Source: Chloroflexota bacterium (GTDB lineage Bacteria; Chloroflexota; Limnocylindria; Limnocylindrales; CSP1-4). From it: DNA of 55,070 bases. Positions 34,473 to 44,082 of the stretch are shown here, piece by piece. The stretch's first letter is position 1. Every line of letters begins with the position of its first letter. The notes under the pieces are model-generated. The model ran no database searches. It had not been told where the DNA came from and saw only the letters and a program-made list of their open reading frames with translations. Both the position numbers and the translations under genes were made by a program. Location of the stretch: the NCBI GenBank assembly GCA_034436475.1, contig DAOTUX010000275.1:1-55070 (forward strand), written 5' to 3'.

Positions 34473-35314
34473 TTCACTGCTCCGAACGTGAGGCCCTTGA
34501 CGAGATAGCGCTGGGCGAGCGCGGCGAACAAGACCATGGGGATGATGGCGGTCATGGCGGCCGCCGCGAGCTCCTGCCAGCGAGGCGACGCATAGCCGCG
34601 GTAGCCGGCGACCGCGATGGTGACCGTGGTCGCGTCCTGGAACGTGAGCGAGAGCGCGATGGTCACCTCGTTCCACATGTTGATGCCCACCAGGATCGCG
34701 GTGGCGGCGATGCCGGGCGCCGCGAGCGGCAGATAGACCCGCATGAGGGACTGGAGGTCGGAGCAGCCATCGACCCGCGCCGCGTCACCCAGGTCCGCGG
34801 GGATCTCGCGCAGGAAGGCATGCACCAGCCACACGGCGAAGGGGACCGCGAACACCTGGTAGATGAGCGCCAGGCCGATCTGGGTGTCGTACAGCCCGAT
34901 GCGCTGATACAGGACGTACATGGGGATGACGAACAGGAACTCCGGGATGGCGTACGCGAGCAGCAGCCACAGCCCCAGCCAGCGTCCGGCCCGCACCCGG
35001 AACCGGACCATGGCGTACGCGGCCGGGACCGCCACGACGAGGGCCAGCAGGACACCCAGGACCACCACCACCACGCTGTTGAGGAACGCGTGGCTGAAGT
35101 CACCGTGTCCCCAGATCGCCAGGTACTTGCCCAGGTCGGGCAGGTACAGCAGGTCCGGTGGCATCCGGAACGCATCCACGGGACGACGGCTGGAGATCAC
35201 GAACAGCCACCACAGCGGCAGGAGGGTGGCCACGATGGCCACCACGGCCACCAGCCAGGCGCCCGCGAGCTCCAGCCGCCGGCGCGCCCGAAGGCCCACG
35301 CGTGGCCCGCTCAT
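34469..35314 (-). CDS. Carbohydrate ABC transporter permease (MalG-like)
   Basis: Six TM segments and an EAA-type loop: DAARVDGCSDLQSLMRVYLPLAAPGIA. Confidence 0.88.
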   Translation of the reverse strand: MSGPRVGLRARRRLELAGAWLVAVVAIVATLLPLWWLFVISSRRPVDAFRMPPDLLYLPDLGKYLAIWGHGDFSHAFLNSVVVVVLGVLLALVVAVPAAYAMVRFRVRAGRWLGLWLLLAYAIPEFLFVIPMYVLYQRIGLYDTQIGLALIYQVFAVPFAVWLVHAFLREIPADLGDAARVDGCSDLQSLMRVYLPLAAPGIAATAILVGINMWNEVTIALSLTFQDATTVTIAVAGYRGYASPRWQELAAAAMTAIIPMVLFAALAQRYLVKGLTFGAVK

Positions 35315-35336
35315 CGCTCACCCCTCACGGGCCGCC

Positions 35337-36239
35337 TCACAGCGAGTCCTCGCGCTGTGCGCCCAGGCGCCGATACACCAGGACGACGCCCACCACGATG
35401 CATGCGAACAGGACCATCATGGTCATCGAGAGACTCATCGCCATCTGCTTGAAGGCGACCCGGTAGGCCGTCATCTGGACCGACTCGGTGGTCGTGAGCG
35501 GGCCACCCCCGGTCGTCCCGAAGATGATCGCGAACACCTTGAGACAGTCGATGGTCCGGAACAGCAGGATGACCAGGATGACCCTGCCGAGCAGCGGCAG
35601 GGTCACGAACCGGAGACGTGCCAGGACGCCCGCGCCATCCACCTCGGCGGCCTCCAAGGGCTCCCGCGGCAGCGACTGGAGACCGGCGGACAGGACGATG
35701 AACACGAACGCGGTCTGCCACCACACGTCGATGAGCACGATGGACGCCATGGCCATCCCCGGGTCGCCCAGGAACCCGGGCGCGGGGATACCCAGCAGCC
35801 GTTGGATGGCGAACCCCACCGGCCCCACGCTCGGGTCGAGCAGCATCTTCCAGACCAGGGCGACCACGATGCCCGAGACCATCAGGGGCACCAGCAGGAT
35901 GGTGCGGACCACGCCCGCCCCACGCCCCAGGCGGTTGACCGCGAGCGCGAGCACCAGACCGAGGGTCAACTCCACCGTCACGGCGCTCACCGTGAACACG
36001 AATGTGTTCCAGAGGGCCGTGTGGAAGCGCTCGCTGCCGAGCAGTTCCATGTAGTTGGCGAGCCCCACGAACGAGGACGTCTGGCCCCAGTCCCAGTCGA
36101 AGAGGCTCATCCAGACCGAGAACAGGGTCGGGTACAAGGACGTCAGGCCCATCACCACGATGAGGGGCGCGATGAACAGGGTGCCCCGGCTGGATGACGC
36201 CCGGGTGCGCGACCCGCGACGCCATGCAGTCGCGGTCAT
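35337..36239 (-). CDS. Carbohydrate ABC transporter permease (MalF-like)
   Basis: FIAPLIVVMGLTSLYPTLFSVWMSLFDWDW and the EAA loop EAAEVDGAGVLARLRFVTLPLL. Confidence 0.88.
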   Translation of the reverse strand: MTATAWRRGSRTRASSSRGTLFIAPLIVVMGLTSLYPTLFSVWMSLFDWDWGQTSSFVGLANYMELLGSERFHTALWNTFVFTVSAVTVELTLGLVLALAVNRLGRGAGVVRTILLVPLMVSGIVVALVWKMLLDPSVGPVGFAIQRLLGIPAPGFLGDPGMAMASIVLIDVWWQTAFVFIVLSAGLQSLPREPLEAAEVDGAGVLARLRFVTLPLLGRVILVILLFRTIDCLKVFAIIFGTTGGGPLTTTESVQMTAYRVAFKQMAMSLSMTMMVLFACIVVGVVLVYRRLGAQREDSL

Positions 36240-36323
36240 GGCCCAGCGTCCCCCGCACGGGGCACCAGGGACGGTCCTGCCGGGTCCGACGGCCGCATGC
36301 CCAGGCCGTCGGCGCCCCGCGAG

Positions 36324-37703
36324 CTACTTGGCGATGGCCGCGCCGAGCGCGTCGTTGGCGGTCGCGCAGGCGGCGGTCTGGTCCGTCCCGTTCGCCATGG
36401 CCTGCATCCCGTCGACGATGGCGAGCGCGCCGTCCTTCCAGCCGTCGGTGAGGACAACCGTGGTGCGCGAGGTCGCCATGGCCTCGTTCACCGCGCTCAC
36501 GTACTCCGGCACCAGCTTGTCCGTGTACACCGGGTCCTGCCACGACGAGAGGCGGGGCGCGCCACCGGTCGAGCCGCCGATCAGGGCGGTGTTGGCCTTG
36601 TTGGTCATCCACTGGATGAAGTACCAGGCCGCATCCTTGTTGGCCGCGTTGGCCGGGATGCCCAGGCCCCACAGCCAGTGACCGGAGCGTGAGCCGTCGG
36701 CGGTGGCCGGCGGGAGCGCCGCGTAGCCCACCCGTCCCGCGACGGACGAGAGGTCCGGGTTCTCGTAGCTGGGTCCGAACAGGCTGGCGTCAATGAAGAA
36801 CGCGACCTTGCCCTGCTGGAACAGCGCGTTGGCGCCGTCCCAGTCGAGGTCGAAGCGGTTGGACGGCCCAGCGGCGAGCAGCTTCGCGTAGTTCGCGAGC
36901 CCCTGGCAGACACCCGGGTCCGTGAGGCGCGGCTTGGACCAGTCGCCGTCGAACCAGAGCCCGTAGGGCGTGGGTGTCGCGAGGTCCCCGACGGCATCGA
37001 AGACCACGCCCGAGAGCGTGTCCATGATGGTATCCGAGCGGATCCCGCGCATCACCGAGCCGACCACACCGTCCGCGGCGCCCTGCTGCGTGATGGCTGC
37101 GGCGGCGGCCGTGAGATCGTCGAAGGTGGTCGGCATCACGCCGCCGAGGTACTTGTCCACGAGGTCCTTGTTGGCGAACAGGATGTACGTCTCGAACGAG
37201 ATGGGGATGGCATACGCCTGGGCCGCGGGGTCGCCCGGCGGGTAGGTGGCCCCCTCGAGGAAGCCCGCGGGGAAGTCCGCGAAGTCGTAGTCGGGGGCGG
37301 TCAAGGACGGATCATCGAGGTACCCGTCCAGCGGTTGGATGGCGCCCGCCAGGAACTGGGCATAGGCGGTCGAGTCCATGGGCAGGAAGTAGACGTCGGC
37401 GCTGCCTTCGGGCGCGCGCACCACCTGCTCCATCTTGTCGAAGTAGAGGTCCTCCGAGTATGGCTGGACCTCCACCTTGATCCCGGTCTCCTGTTGGAAC
37501 TGGTCAAGCAGGGGGGTCATGCCGTCGGTCCAGGGATGCTGATTGGCGAGGAAGGTGATGGTGGTGCCACTGAAGCGCTGCCAGTCGAAGGCAGCGGCCG
37601 GCGAGCCCTCCTGCGCCGCGGTGACGCCGCTCGTCACGACCGCGGTCGCGGCCACCACCGCTGACACCCACGATGCGCGCGACCGCATCCGGCCCATCGT
37701 CAT
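36324..37703 (-). CDS. Extracellular solute-binding protein of the carbohydrate ABC transporter
   Basis: GGAGGAGG lies 5 nt before ATG 37703 (MTMGRMRSRASWVSAVVAATAVVTSGVTAAQ signal). Family-1 SBP pattern: ITFLANQHPWTDGM...IKVEVQPYSEDLYFDK. The track ORF extension to 39035 is antisense to the ROK gene. Confidence 0.85.
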   Translation of the reverse strand: MTMGRMRSRASWVSAVVAATAVVTSGVTAAQEGSPAAAFDWQRFSGTTITFLANQHPWTDGMTPLLDQFQQETGIKVEVQPYSEDLYFDKMEQVVRAPEGSADVYFLPMDSTAYAQFLAGAIQPLDGYLDDPSLTAPDYDFADFPAGFLEGATYPPGDPAAQAYAIPISFETYILFANKDLVDKYLGGVMPTTFDDLTAAAAAITQQGAADGVVGSVMRGIRSDTIMDTLSGVVFDAVGDLATPTPYGLWFDGDWSKPRLTDPGVCQGLANYAKLLAAGPSNRFDLDWDGANALFQQGKVAFFIDASLFGPSYENPDLSSVAGRVGYAALPPATADGSRSGHWLWGLGIPANAANKDAAWYFIQWMTNKANTALIGGSTGGAPRLSSWQDPVYTDKLVPEYVSAVNEAMATSRTTVVLTDGWKDGALAIVDGMQAMANGTDQTAACATANDALGAAIAK

Positions 37704-37958
37704 GTCGACCTCCTCCGATGACACGTCCACTCGCCTCTCAGGCACCTGACTCGGCCGATGAGGGGCGACCACCAGCCGAACCGTATGCGCCAGTTGATGG
37801 GATGTCAATGCCGAGCGCGTGGTCCACCCCTTTGGTCGGCCGGCGATTCGCATCATGGTCGTGATAATCTGCCGCAATCGGCGCTGCACGCTCGACGCCG
37901 TGGGGATTGACCGTGCATCGGCCCATGACGCAGGCCATATCCGATACTGGAGACGAGA

Positions 37959-39137
37959 ATGCCCGGTCTCGCGCGGCAACCGATCGCGGACATCGCGGTC
38001 CTGGAGGCCCTGGTGGGGCGTGGCGCCACGTCCCGCGCGAGCCTCACGGACCTGACCGGTCTGTCCGCGGCGACCGTCGGGCGTGCCGTGGACCGCCTCG
38101 TCCGGCTCGGCATCCTCCAGGAGTCCTCGCCCGAGCCAGCCGGTGTGGGCAGGCCACCACGCTTGGTGCGCATCGACGAGCGGACCGCGTGCGTGGTGAG
38201 CGTCGATGCCGGCGGTCGGACGATCCGTGCCGGCGTGGCGGACCTGGGCGGCACCCTGCGCGAGCGGGCCGCTCGACCCGTCCGTGACCCCGACGACCGA
38301 GAGGCGCTCCTCGATGACCTGGTGGCCATCGTGCGCACGGTGTCGGCCGGCATGCCCGCAGGCAGCGTCCAGGCGGTCACGGCGGGGGTCTCGGGGATCG
38401 TGGACCAGGACGGGGGGCGGGTGCTCATGGCACCGGACCTGCCGGGGCTCGCGGGGGTGGACCTGGGCGTGGAGCTCTCCCGACGCCTCGGGCGTCCCGT
38501 GGCCATCGACAACGACGATGTCCTGGCGGCCATCGGCGAGGCGACCACGGGCGCGGCACAGGGCTGCCAGCACGTCGTGTTCCTGTCCCTGGGGTACGGC
38601 CTGGGGGCAGGCCTCATCGTGGGTGGGCAGCCAGTCCGGGGGGCGTCCCATGCCGCGGGAGCCATCGCGTATCTCGCGCCCGGCAGGCTGGAGGCCGTGG
38701 CGAGCGGGCGGGGCATCGCGGCGCGCTATCGCGAGGCGGCGCGGAGGCTGCCACCGGACGCGGGGGCGATCGCGGGCGACGCACGTGACGTGTTCGCGCT
38801 GGCCGCCTCGGGCGACCTCGTGGCGCAGGAGGTCGTGACCGACGCGATCGGGGCGCTCGGTGACCTGGTGGTCGCGGTGGCCGCCCTGCTCGATCCCGAG
38901 GTCATCGTGCTCGGGGGCGGACTCACCGACGCTGGTCATGCGCTGTTCGACCCGCTCGGCCAGCGGCTGGCGAGCGGCGTGCCCTACCCGCCCAGGCTCG
39001 CCGCCTCCGTGCTCGGAGACGGTGCCGTGCTCCACGGCGCAGTCTCGGTCGCTCTCGTCCTTGCCCGCCGGCGCGTCGCCGGCATCGAGCCCTTCCAGCG
39101 GCAGCCCGTCGAGCGGGGCGTGCTGTCACTCATCTGA
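37959..39137 (+). CDS. ROK family transcriptional regulator
   Basis: N-terminal wHTH (ASLTDLTGLSAATVGRAVDRLVRLGIL) followed by a ROK sugar-kinase-like fold (VSVDAGGRTIRAG..., AIDNDDVLAAIGE, LGYGLGAGLIV). Confidence 0.85.
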   Translation: MPGLARQPIADIAVLEALVGRGATSRASLTDLTGLSAATVGRAVDRLVRLGILQESSPEPAGVGRPPRLVRIDERTACVVSVDAGGRTIRAGVADLGGTLRERAARPVRDPDDREALLDDLVAIVRTVSAGMPAGSVQAVTAGVSGIVDQDGGRVLMAPDLPGLAGVDLGVELSRRLGRPVAIDNDDVLAAIGEATTGAAQGCQHVVFLSLGYGLGAGLIVGGQPVRGASHAAGAIAYLAPGRLEAVASGRGIAARYREAARRLPPDAGAIAGDARDVFALAASGDLVAQEVVTDAIGALGDLVVAVAALLDPEVIVLGGGLTDAGHALFDPLGQRLASGVPYPPRLAASVLGDGAVLHGAVSVALVLARRRVAGIEPFQRQPVERGVLSLI

Positions 39138-39159
39138 CCCGCGACAGGAGGCATACGCC

Positions 39160-40490
39160 ATGACCCACGTCACCACCCGATCGGAGGCAGCCTACGAGGC
39201 GGCCCAACTGGTCATCCCCGGAGGCGTCAACAGCGGGGCACGGGGGCCCCAGGCCGGTTGGGTGCCCGGCCCGCCGATGGTGGCGCGGGGTCGAGGCTCG
39301 CACATCTGGGATGTCGACGGCAACGAGTACATCGACTACCTGCTGGCGCTCGGGCCCATGATCCATGGCCATGTCCACGCCGAGGTCACCGAGGCCGTGA
39401 CCCGGGCCATCCATGACACGGGCACCATGTTCGCGCTGCCCTACGAACTGGAGGCAGTCGCCGCGCAGAAGGTCATCGATGCCGTGCCGTCGGTCGACCT
39501 GGTCCGCTTCGGCAACTCCGGCACCGAGGTGGTGCTCCACGCCACCCGTCTGGCACGGGCATTCACGGGCCGCGACGTCGTGGTCCGCTTCGAGGGCCAG
39601 TATCACGGGTGGGCCGACCAGCTGGAGTGGAGCCATCATCCTGACCTGGCGTCGGCGGGCCCGCGGGAGCGTCCCATCGCGCTGCCGGGCAGCCCGGGCA
39701 TCCCCGAGGTCATCGGGCAGACGCTGCTGGTCCTGCCCTGGAACGACCAGTCAGCGGTGGAACGGGCGGTCGCGGAGCATGGCGAGCGGATCGCCGCCAT
39801 CCTGACCGAGCCCATCATGGGCAACACCGGGGTGATCCCCCCGCGCCCGGGATACCTCGCGTTCCTGCGTGAGATCACCCGAGCGCACGGCATCGTGCTC
39901 ATCTTCGACGAGGTCATCACCGGCTTCCGCGTCGCCCTGGGGGGGGCGCAGGCGCTGTATGGCGTGACGCCCGACCTCACGACCCTGGCCAAGGCGCTCG
40001 GAGGTGGCTTCCCGGTGGCCGCCGTCGGTGGTCGTCGGGACATCATGGACCAGGTCTCGGACGGTCACGTGCTCCACGCAGGCACCTAAACGCCAACGCG
40101 GTGGCGGTGGCCGCGGTCTCAGCCTCGCTCGACGTCCTGGCACGCCCGGGCACCCATGAGCGGCTGTTCGCGCTGTCGGAGCGTCTCATGAACGGGTTCG
40201 GCGGCATCCTTGAGCGGGCCGGCGTGCCGGCGCAGCTCCAGGGCGTGGGGCCCATGTTCCAGCTCTGGTTCAGCGAGACCCCCGTGATGGACTATCGCGA
40301 TGCGGCGCGGCATCTCAACTCGCCTGCCTACGCCGCGCTCGCCCGAGCGCTCCATGAGCGGGGCGTGATGGTCCACCCCAGCAACATCGAGCTGTGGTTC
40401 GTGTCCACCGTCCACACGGACGAGGACATCGACCGGACGCTGTCCGCGTTCGAGGACGCCGTCAGGAGCACCATCGACCAGTTGCGTTGA
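39160..40490 (+). pseudogene. Class-III aminotransferase (glutamate-1-semialdehyde 2,1-aminomutase-like), interrupted by a 1-nt frameshift at about 40087-40090
   Basis: AGGAGG lies before ATG 39160. The first piece, 39160..40089, ends ...DGHVLHAGT-TAA. The next frame continues N-A-N-A-V-A-V-A-A-V-S-A-S-L-D-V-L (ORF 40101..40490). Together they rebuild the conserved GT-(Y/F)-NANP/A motif if one base is restored in ACC-TA-AAC. The Lys-region TLAKALGGGFP is present. Confidence 0.7.
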
Positions 40491-40527
40491 CACCCGGCAT
40501 CAGGTCGGGCGAGAGGAGGGAGCCACG

Positions 40528-42180
40528 GTGCATCAGCGATCCATCCACCGGCTGCGGGGCGGCCTGATCATCGCCGCCGCAGGCCTGCTGACGCTCAGCG
40601 TGGGCGTCTCGGCGCAGGACCCGAGCGTCCCTGGCCCCTCCGACCAAGTCCTGCGCGTCGGTTGGACGTCCGAGCCGGACACGCTCAACCCACTGACCAC
40701 CTACTCCACCGAGGGACTGGAGGTCGTCCAGCTCATCTACGACCGGCTCATCGAGTACGACACGTCGCTCAAGCCACAGCCCGGGCTCGCGGCCACGTGG
40801 GCGACGTCCGAGGATGGCCTCTCGACCATCTATCACCTCCAGCCGGGCGCGGCCTGGTCGGACGGACAGCCAGTCACCTCGGCGGATGTGAAGTACACCT
40901 TCGAGACCATCGCCGCGGAGTCCCTCGGTGAGTACGCCCAGTGGCTGAAGTTCCTCGAGCGCGTGGACACGCCGGACCCCGCGACCGCGGTCATCGTGTA
41001 CTCCAAGCCACAGGCATTCGACCCCGCGCTCACCATCCCCATCCTGCCCCAGCATGTCTGGGGTGCCATGTCGGCCGAGGACATCCAGGCGTTTGCCAAC
41101 GACCGACCGGTGGGCAGCGGGCCGTTCACCCTCGGGGAGTGGCGTCGGGGTGAGACACTCACCCTGGCGCGCAGCCCGTCGTTCTGGGGCCAGCCGGCCG
41201 GTCCGGCGGGGGTGATCTTCGTGCTCTATGGCAACGAGGACGTGGCCGCCCAGGCAATCAAGGCCGGCGACGTGGACGTGCTCACGGAAGTGCCGCCCAC
41301 GGTCTGGGACGGCCTGGTGGGCGCCGATGGCGTGGCAGCGGTCTCGCTGCCGGCGTTCTCGTTCCATCACATCGGCATCAACGTGTCCGACTCCGAGACG
41401 TCAGGGGGCAGCCCCCTGCTCAGGGACCAGGTCGTGCGCCAGGCGCTCAGCTACGCCCTCGACCGGGGCCAGCTCGTGACGCTCGCCCTCGCCGGTCATG
41501 GGACGCCCGGTGACGCGCTGGTGCCGGCGGGTCTCAAGGACTGGCACTGGACCCCCTCGCCCGACAAGGTCATGGATGCGAACCCCGATCGGGCCAAGGC
41601 CATCCTCGAGGCCGCCGGGTACGTCGATCGCGACGGTGACGGTGTCCGCGAGTCCGCCGATGGAACCGCGCTACGCTTCCGGCTCATCGCCATCCAGTCC
41701 ACCAGCGTCGATGTGCGTGCCGCGCAGTTGTTCCGTGACGCGGCGGCAGCGGTGGGCATCGCGCTGGACCTCTCCACCCTCGATGAGAACACGCTGGGCG
41801 CCATCGTCTACGACACGGATGCGCCCGACTGGGACCTCTTCGTGTGGGGCTGGGACTCGGGCGTGGCGGACCCGAGCTACATGCTGGGTGTGCCCCTGTG
41901 CAGCCAGATCGGTGGCAACAACGACGTCTTCTGGTGTGACGAGACCTACGACGCCCTGTACGACGAGCAGTCGACCACGCTCGACCCGACCGCGCGCCGA
42001 GCGGTCACCGACCGGATGCAGGAGATGTTCTACACCGCCTCCCCATACCTCGTCATGTGGTACCAGGACAAGCTCCAGGCCTACCGGACCGACACATGGT
42101 CCGGCTGGGTGGAGGCCGCCGGCGGCCTCGTGTACAACTTCACGCGCGACAACTACCTGCGGCTGACGCCCGCGCGCTAG
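40528..42180 (+). CDS. Peptide/nickel-type (family 5) ABC transporter substrate-binding protein
   Basis: GAGGAGGGA upstream. Signal LIIAAAGLLTLSVGVSAQ. LRVGWTSEPDTLNPLT and LIEYDTSLKPQPGLATW fit the DppA/OppA-family pattern. Confidence 0.85.
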   Translation: MHQRSIHRLRGGLIIAAAGLLTLSVGVSAQDPSVPGPSDQVLRVGWTSEPDTLNPLTTYSTEGLEVVQLIYDRLIEYDTSLKPQPGLAATWATSEDGLSTIYHLQPGAAWSDGQPVTSADVKYTFETIAAESLGEYAQWLKFLERVDTPDPATAVIVYSKPQAFDPALTIPILPQHVWGAMSAEDIQAFANDRPVGSGPFTLGEWRRGETLTLARSPSFWGQPAGPAGVIFVLYGNEDVAAQAIKAGDVDVLTEVPPTVWDGLVGADGVAAVSLPAFSFHHIGINVSDSETSGGSPLLRDQVVRQALSYALDRGQLVTLALAGHGTPGDALVPAGLKDWHWTPSPDKVMDANPDRAKAILEAAGYVDRDGDGVRESADGTALRFRLIAIQSTSVDVRAAQLFRDAAAAVGIALDLSTLDENTLGAIVYDTDAPDWDLFVWGWDSGVADPSYMLGVPLCSQIGGNNDVFWCDETYDALYDEQSTTLDPTARRAVTDRMQEMFYTASPYLVMWYQDKLQAYRTDTWSGWVEAAGGLVYNFTRDNYLRLTPAR

Positions 42181-42220
42181 GCGCGGCGGTCCGGCCGCGC
42201 CCCGGCAGGCGTGCTCGCAC

Positions 42221-43195
42221 GTGTTCCGGATCGGCTATCTGGCCAGGAAGCTGGGCGGTGCCATCGTCCTGCTCCTGGCCGTCGCCACGTTCAACTTCCT
42301 GTTGTTCCGGATCCTGCCCGGGGACCCGGTGCGTCTCGTGGCGCGGGGCGCGAACCTGCGACCGGAGGCGGTCGAGCGGCTGCGCGAGCTATGGGGGCTC
42401 GACCGGACGCTCGGCGAGCAGTACCTCATCTACCTGCGGGACCTGCTCACGGGGCACTTCGGCACCTCCTACACATACCAGCGACCCGTGGCCGACATCC
42501 TCGTGGAGCGACTGGCCAACACGCTGCTCCTGCTCTCCGCGGCGACCATCCTGGTGGTGGGTCTCGGCATCGCGCTCGGCGTCTATGCGGCATCGCACCG
42601 CGGGGGCCGCGCCGACAACAGCACCGTGGTGAGCGCGCTGGTGTTCTGGAGCCTGCCCACGTTCTGGGTGGGCCTGATGCTCGTGTTCATCTTCGGGGTC
42701 TATCTCGACGTCCTGCCGGTCTCCGGGACGTCCTCCCCGGGTGCGCGCTTCGCATCGCCCATCGACCAGGCGATCGACCTCATGGAGCACCTGGTGCTGC
42801 CCACCCTCACGCTCGCGCTCGTGGACATCGGGCAGTTCGTGCTCGTCACGCGCAGCTCGTTGACCGATGTGCTAGCCGAGGACTTCATCCTCACCGCCCG
42901 TGCCAAGGGCCTGTCACGTCGCACGGTCATCTGGCGGCACGGGTTCCGCAACGCGATGCTGCCCGTGGTCACGGCAACCGCCCTGTACACGAGCCTCGTC
43001 ATCGGGGGGGCCATCCAGGTGGAGACGGTGTTCTCATGGCCGGGCATGGGGCGCCTGATGTACGACGCCGTGCTCCGGCGCGACTATCCGATCCTGGAGG
43101 CCACCTTCCTGCTGTTCGCTGTCGCGGTCATCATCGCCAACCTCATCGCGGACCTGGCCTACCAGGTCCTGGACCCTCGGGTACGGGAGGCATGA
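42221..43195 (+). CDS. Peptide ABC transporter permease (DppB-like)
   Basis: FNFLLFRILPGDPVRL at the N-terminus and DFILTARAKGLSRRTVIWRHGFRNAMLPVVT (EAA loop). Confidence 0.9.
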   Translation: MFRIGYLARKLGGAIVLLLAVATFNFLLFRILPGDPVRLVARGANLRPEAVERLRELWGLDRTLGEQYLIYLRDLLTGHFGTSYTYQRPVADILVERLANTLLLLSAATILVVGLGIALGVYAASHRGGRADNSTVVSALVFWSLPTFWVGLMLVFIFGVYLDVLPVSGTSSPGARFASPIDQAIDLMEHLVLPTLTLALVDIGQFVLVTRSSLTDVLAEDFILTARAKGLSRRTVIWRHGFRNAMLPVVTATALYTSLVIGGAIQVETVFSWPGMGRLMYDAVLRRDYPILEATFLLFAVAVIIANLIADLAYQVLDPRVREA

Positions 43196-44082
43196 CCACA
43201 TCGTCCGCACTCGTTGACCCAGGCAGCCGTGAGGGACTCCGGCAGGTCGCGCGCCAGGTGTGGGCGGACCATCTGGGACGCCTGGGAGCGGTCCTGCTCC
43301 TGGGCACCATCCTGTTCGCGATCGTCGGACCCATCGTGTTCCCGTTCGACCCCAGGGCCGTCGGCAGGACCGTGTCAGACATCCTCGCACCACCCAGCGC
43401 CGAGCACTGGCTGGGCACCGACGAGCTGGGCAGGGACGTGTTCCGACAGGTGCTGGAGGGGGCGCGCATCTCGCTCCTCGTGGGCCTGGCCGCGACCGCC
43501 CTGTCCATGGGTGTCGGGTCACTCGTGGGCATCGTGGCGGGATACCGGACCGGGATCACCGATAGCGTGCTCATGCGTGTCACGGACTTCTTCCTGGTGC
43601 TTCCCGCGCTCCCCCTTGTCATCGTCCTCGCCGCGCTCCTGGGCCAGAGCCTGGTCATCCTGATGCTGGTCATCGGGCTCACGAGCTGGGCGTCCACGGC
43701 ACGCATCGTCCGGTCCCAGGTGCTGACGCTGCGGGAGCGGCCGTTCGTGGCTCGGGTGCGCTCCCTGGGCGCCTCGGACCTGCGGATCGTGCGCGACCAC
43801 ATCCTGGGGAACGTCCTGCCACTCATCCTTGCGACCACGGCCCTGGTCATCGCCGGCTCGATCCTGGCCGAGGCCACGCTGGCCTTCCTGGGCCTGGGTG
43901 ACCCGACGCACGTCTCGTGGGGCACGATGCTCCACTTCGCGTTCGAGAGCGGCGCGACGGGCAGGGGCGCCTGGTGGTACTTCCTGCCACCAGGCGTGGG
44001 CATCGTGGCCGTGGTGCTGGGGTTCATCCTCGTGGGTCACGCGCTCGACCGCATCCTCGACCCCCGCCTGAGGGGTCGCTGA
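43192..44082 (+). CDS. Peptide ABC transporter permease (DppC-like)
   Basis: ATGA overlap with the DppB-like stop. HWLGTDELGRDVFRQVLEGARISL and RPFVARVRSLGASDLRIVRDHILGNVLP. Confidence 0.9.
   Translation: MTTSSALVDPGSREGLRQVARQVWADHLGRLGAVLLLGTILFAIVGPIVFPFDPRAVGRTVSDILAPPSAEHWLGTDELGRDVFRQVLEGARISLLVGLAATALSMGVGSLVGIVAGYRTGITDSVLMRVTDFFLVLPALPLVIVLAALLGQSLVILMLVIGLTSWASTARIVRSQVLTLRERPFVARVRSLGASDLRIVRDHILGNVLPLILATTALVIAGSILAEATLAFLGLGDPTHVSWGTMLHFAFESGATGRGAWWYFLPPGVGIVAVVLGFILVGHALDRILDPRLRGR

Noticed and set aside
37704-37958. ROK operator or promoter in the divergent spacer
   Set aside because: I found only weak symmetry: TTGA...TCAA arms at 37794-37808, and an imperfect cggcgatt/aatcggcg pair. 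There is a GATAAT hexamer at 37863-37868 with no convincing -35 element. That is not enough to call a site.
37704-39035. Upstream part of the 903-aa minus ORF (36324..39035)
   Set aside because: It is antisense to the ROK regulator. The SBP has GGAGGAGG, an ATG and a signal peptide at 37703.
42211-43191. N-terminal 327 aa of the 623-aa plus ORF (42211..44082)
   Set aside because: It overlaps the DppB-like permease in another frame and translates to Arg/Pro/Gly-rich sequence. The DppC-like protein starts at ATG 43192, with an ATGA overlap.
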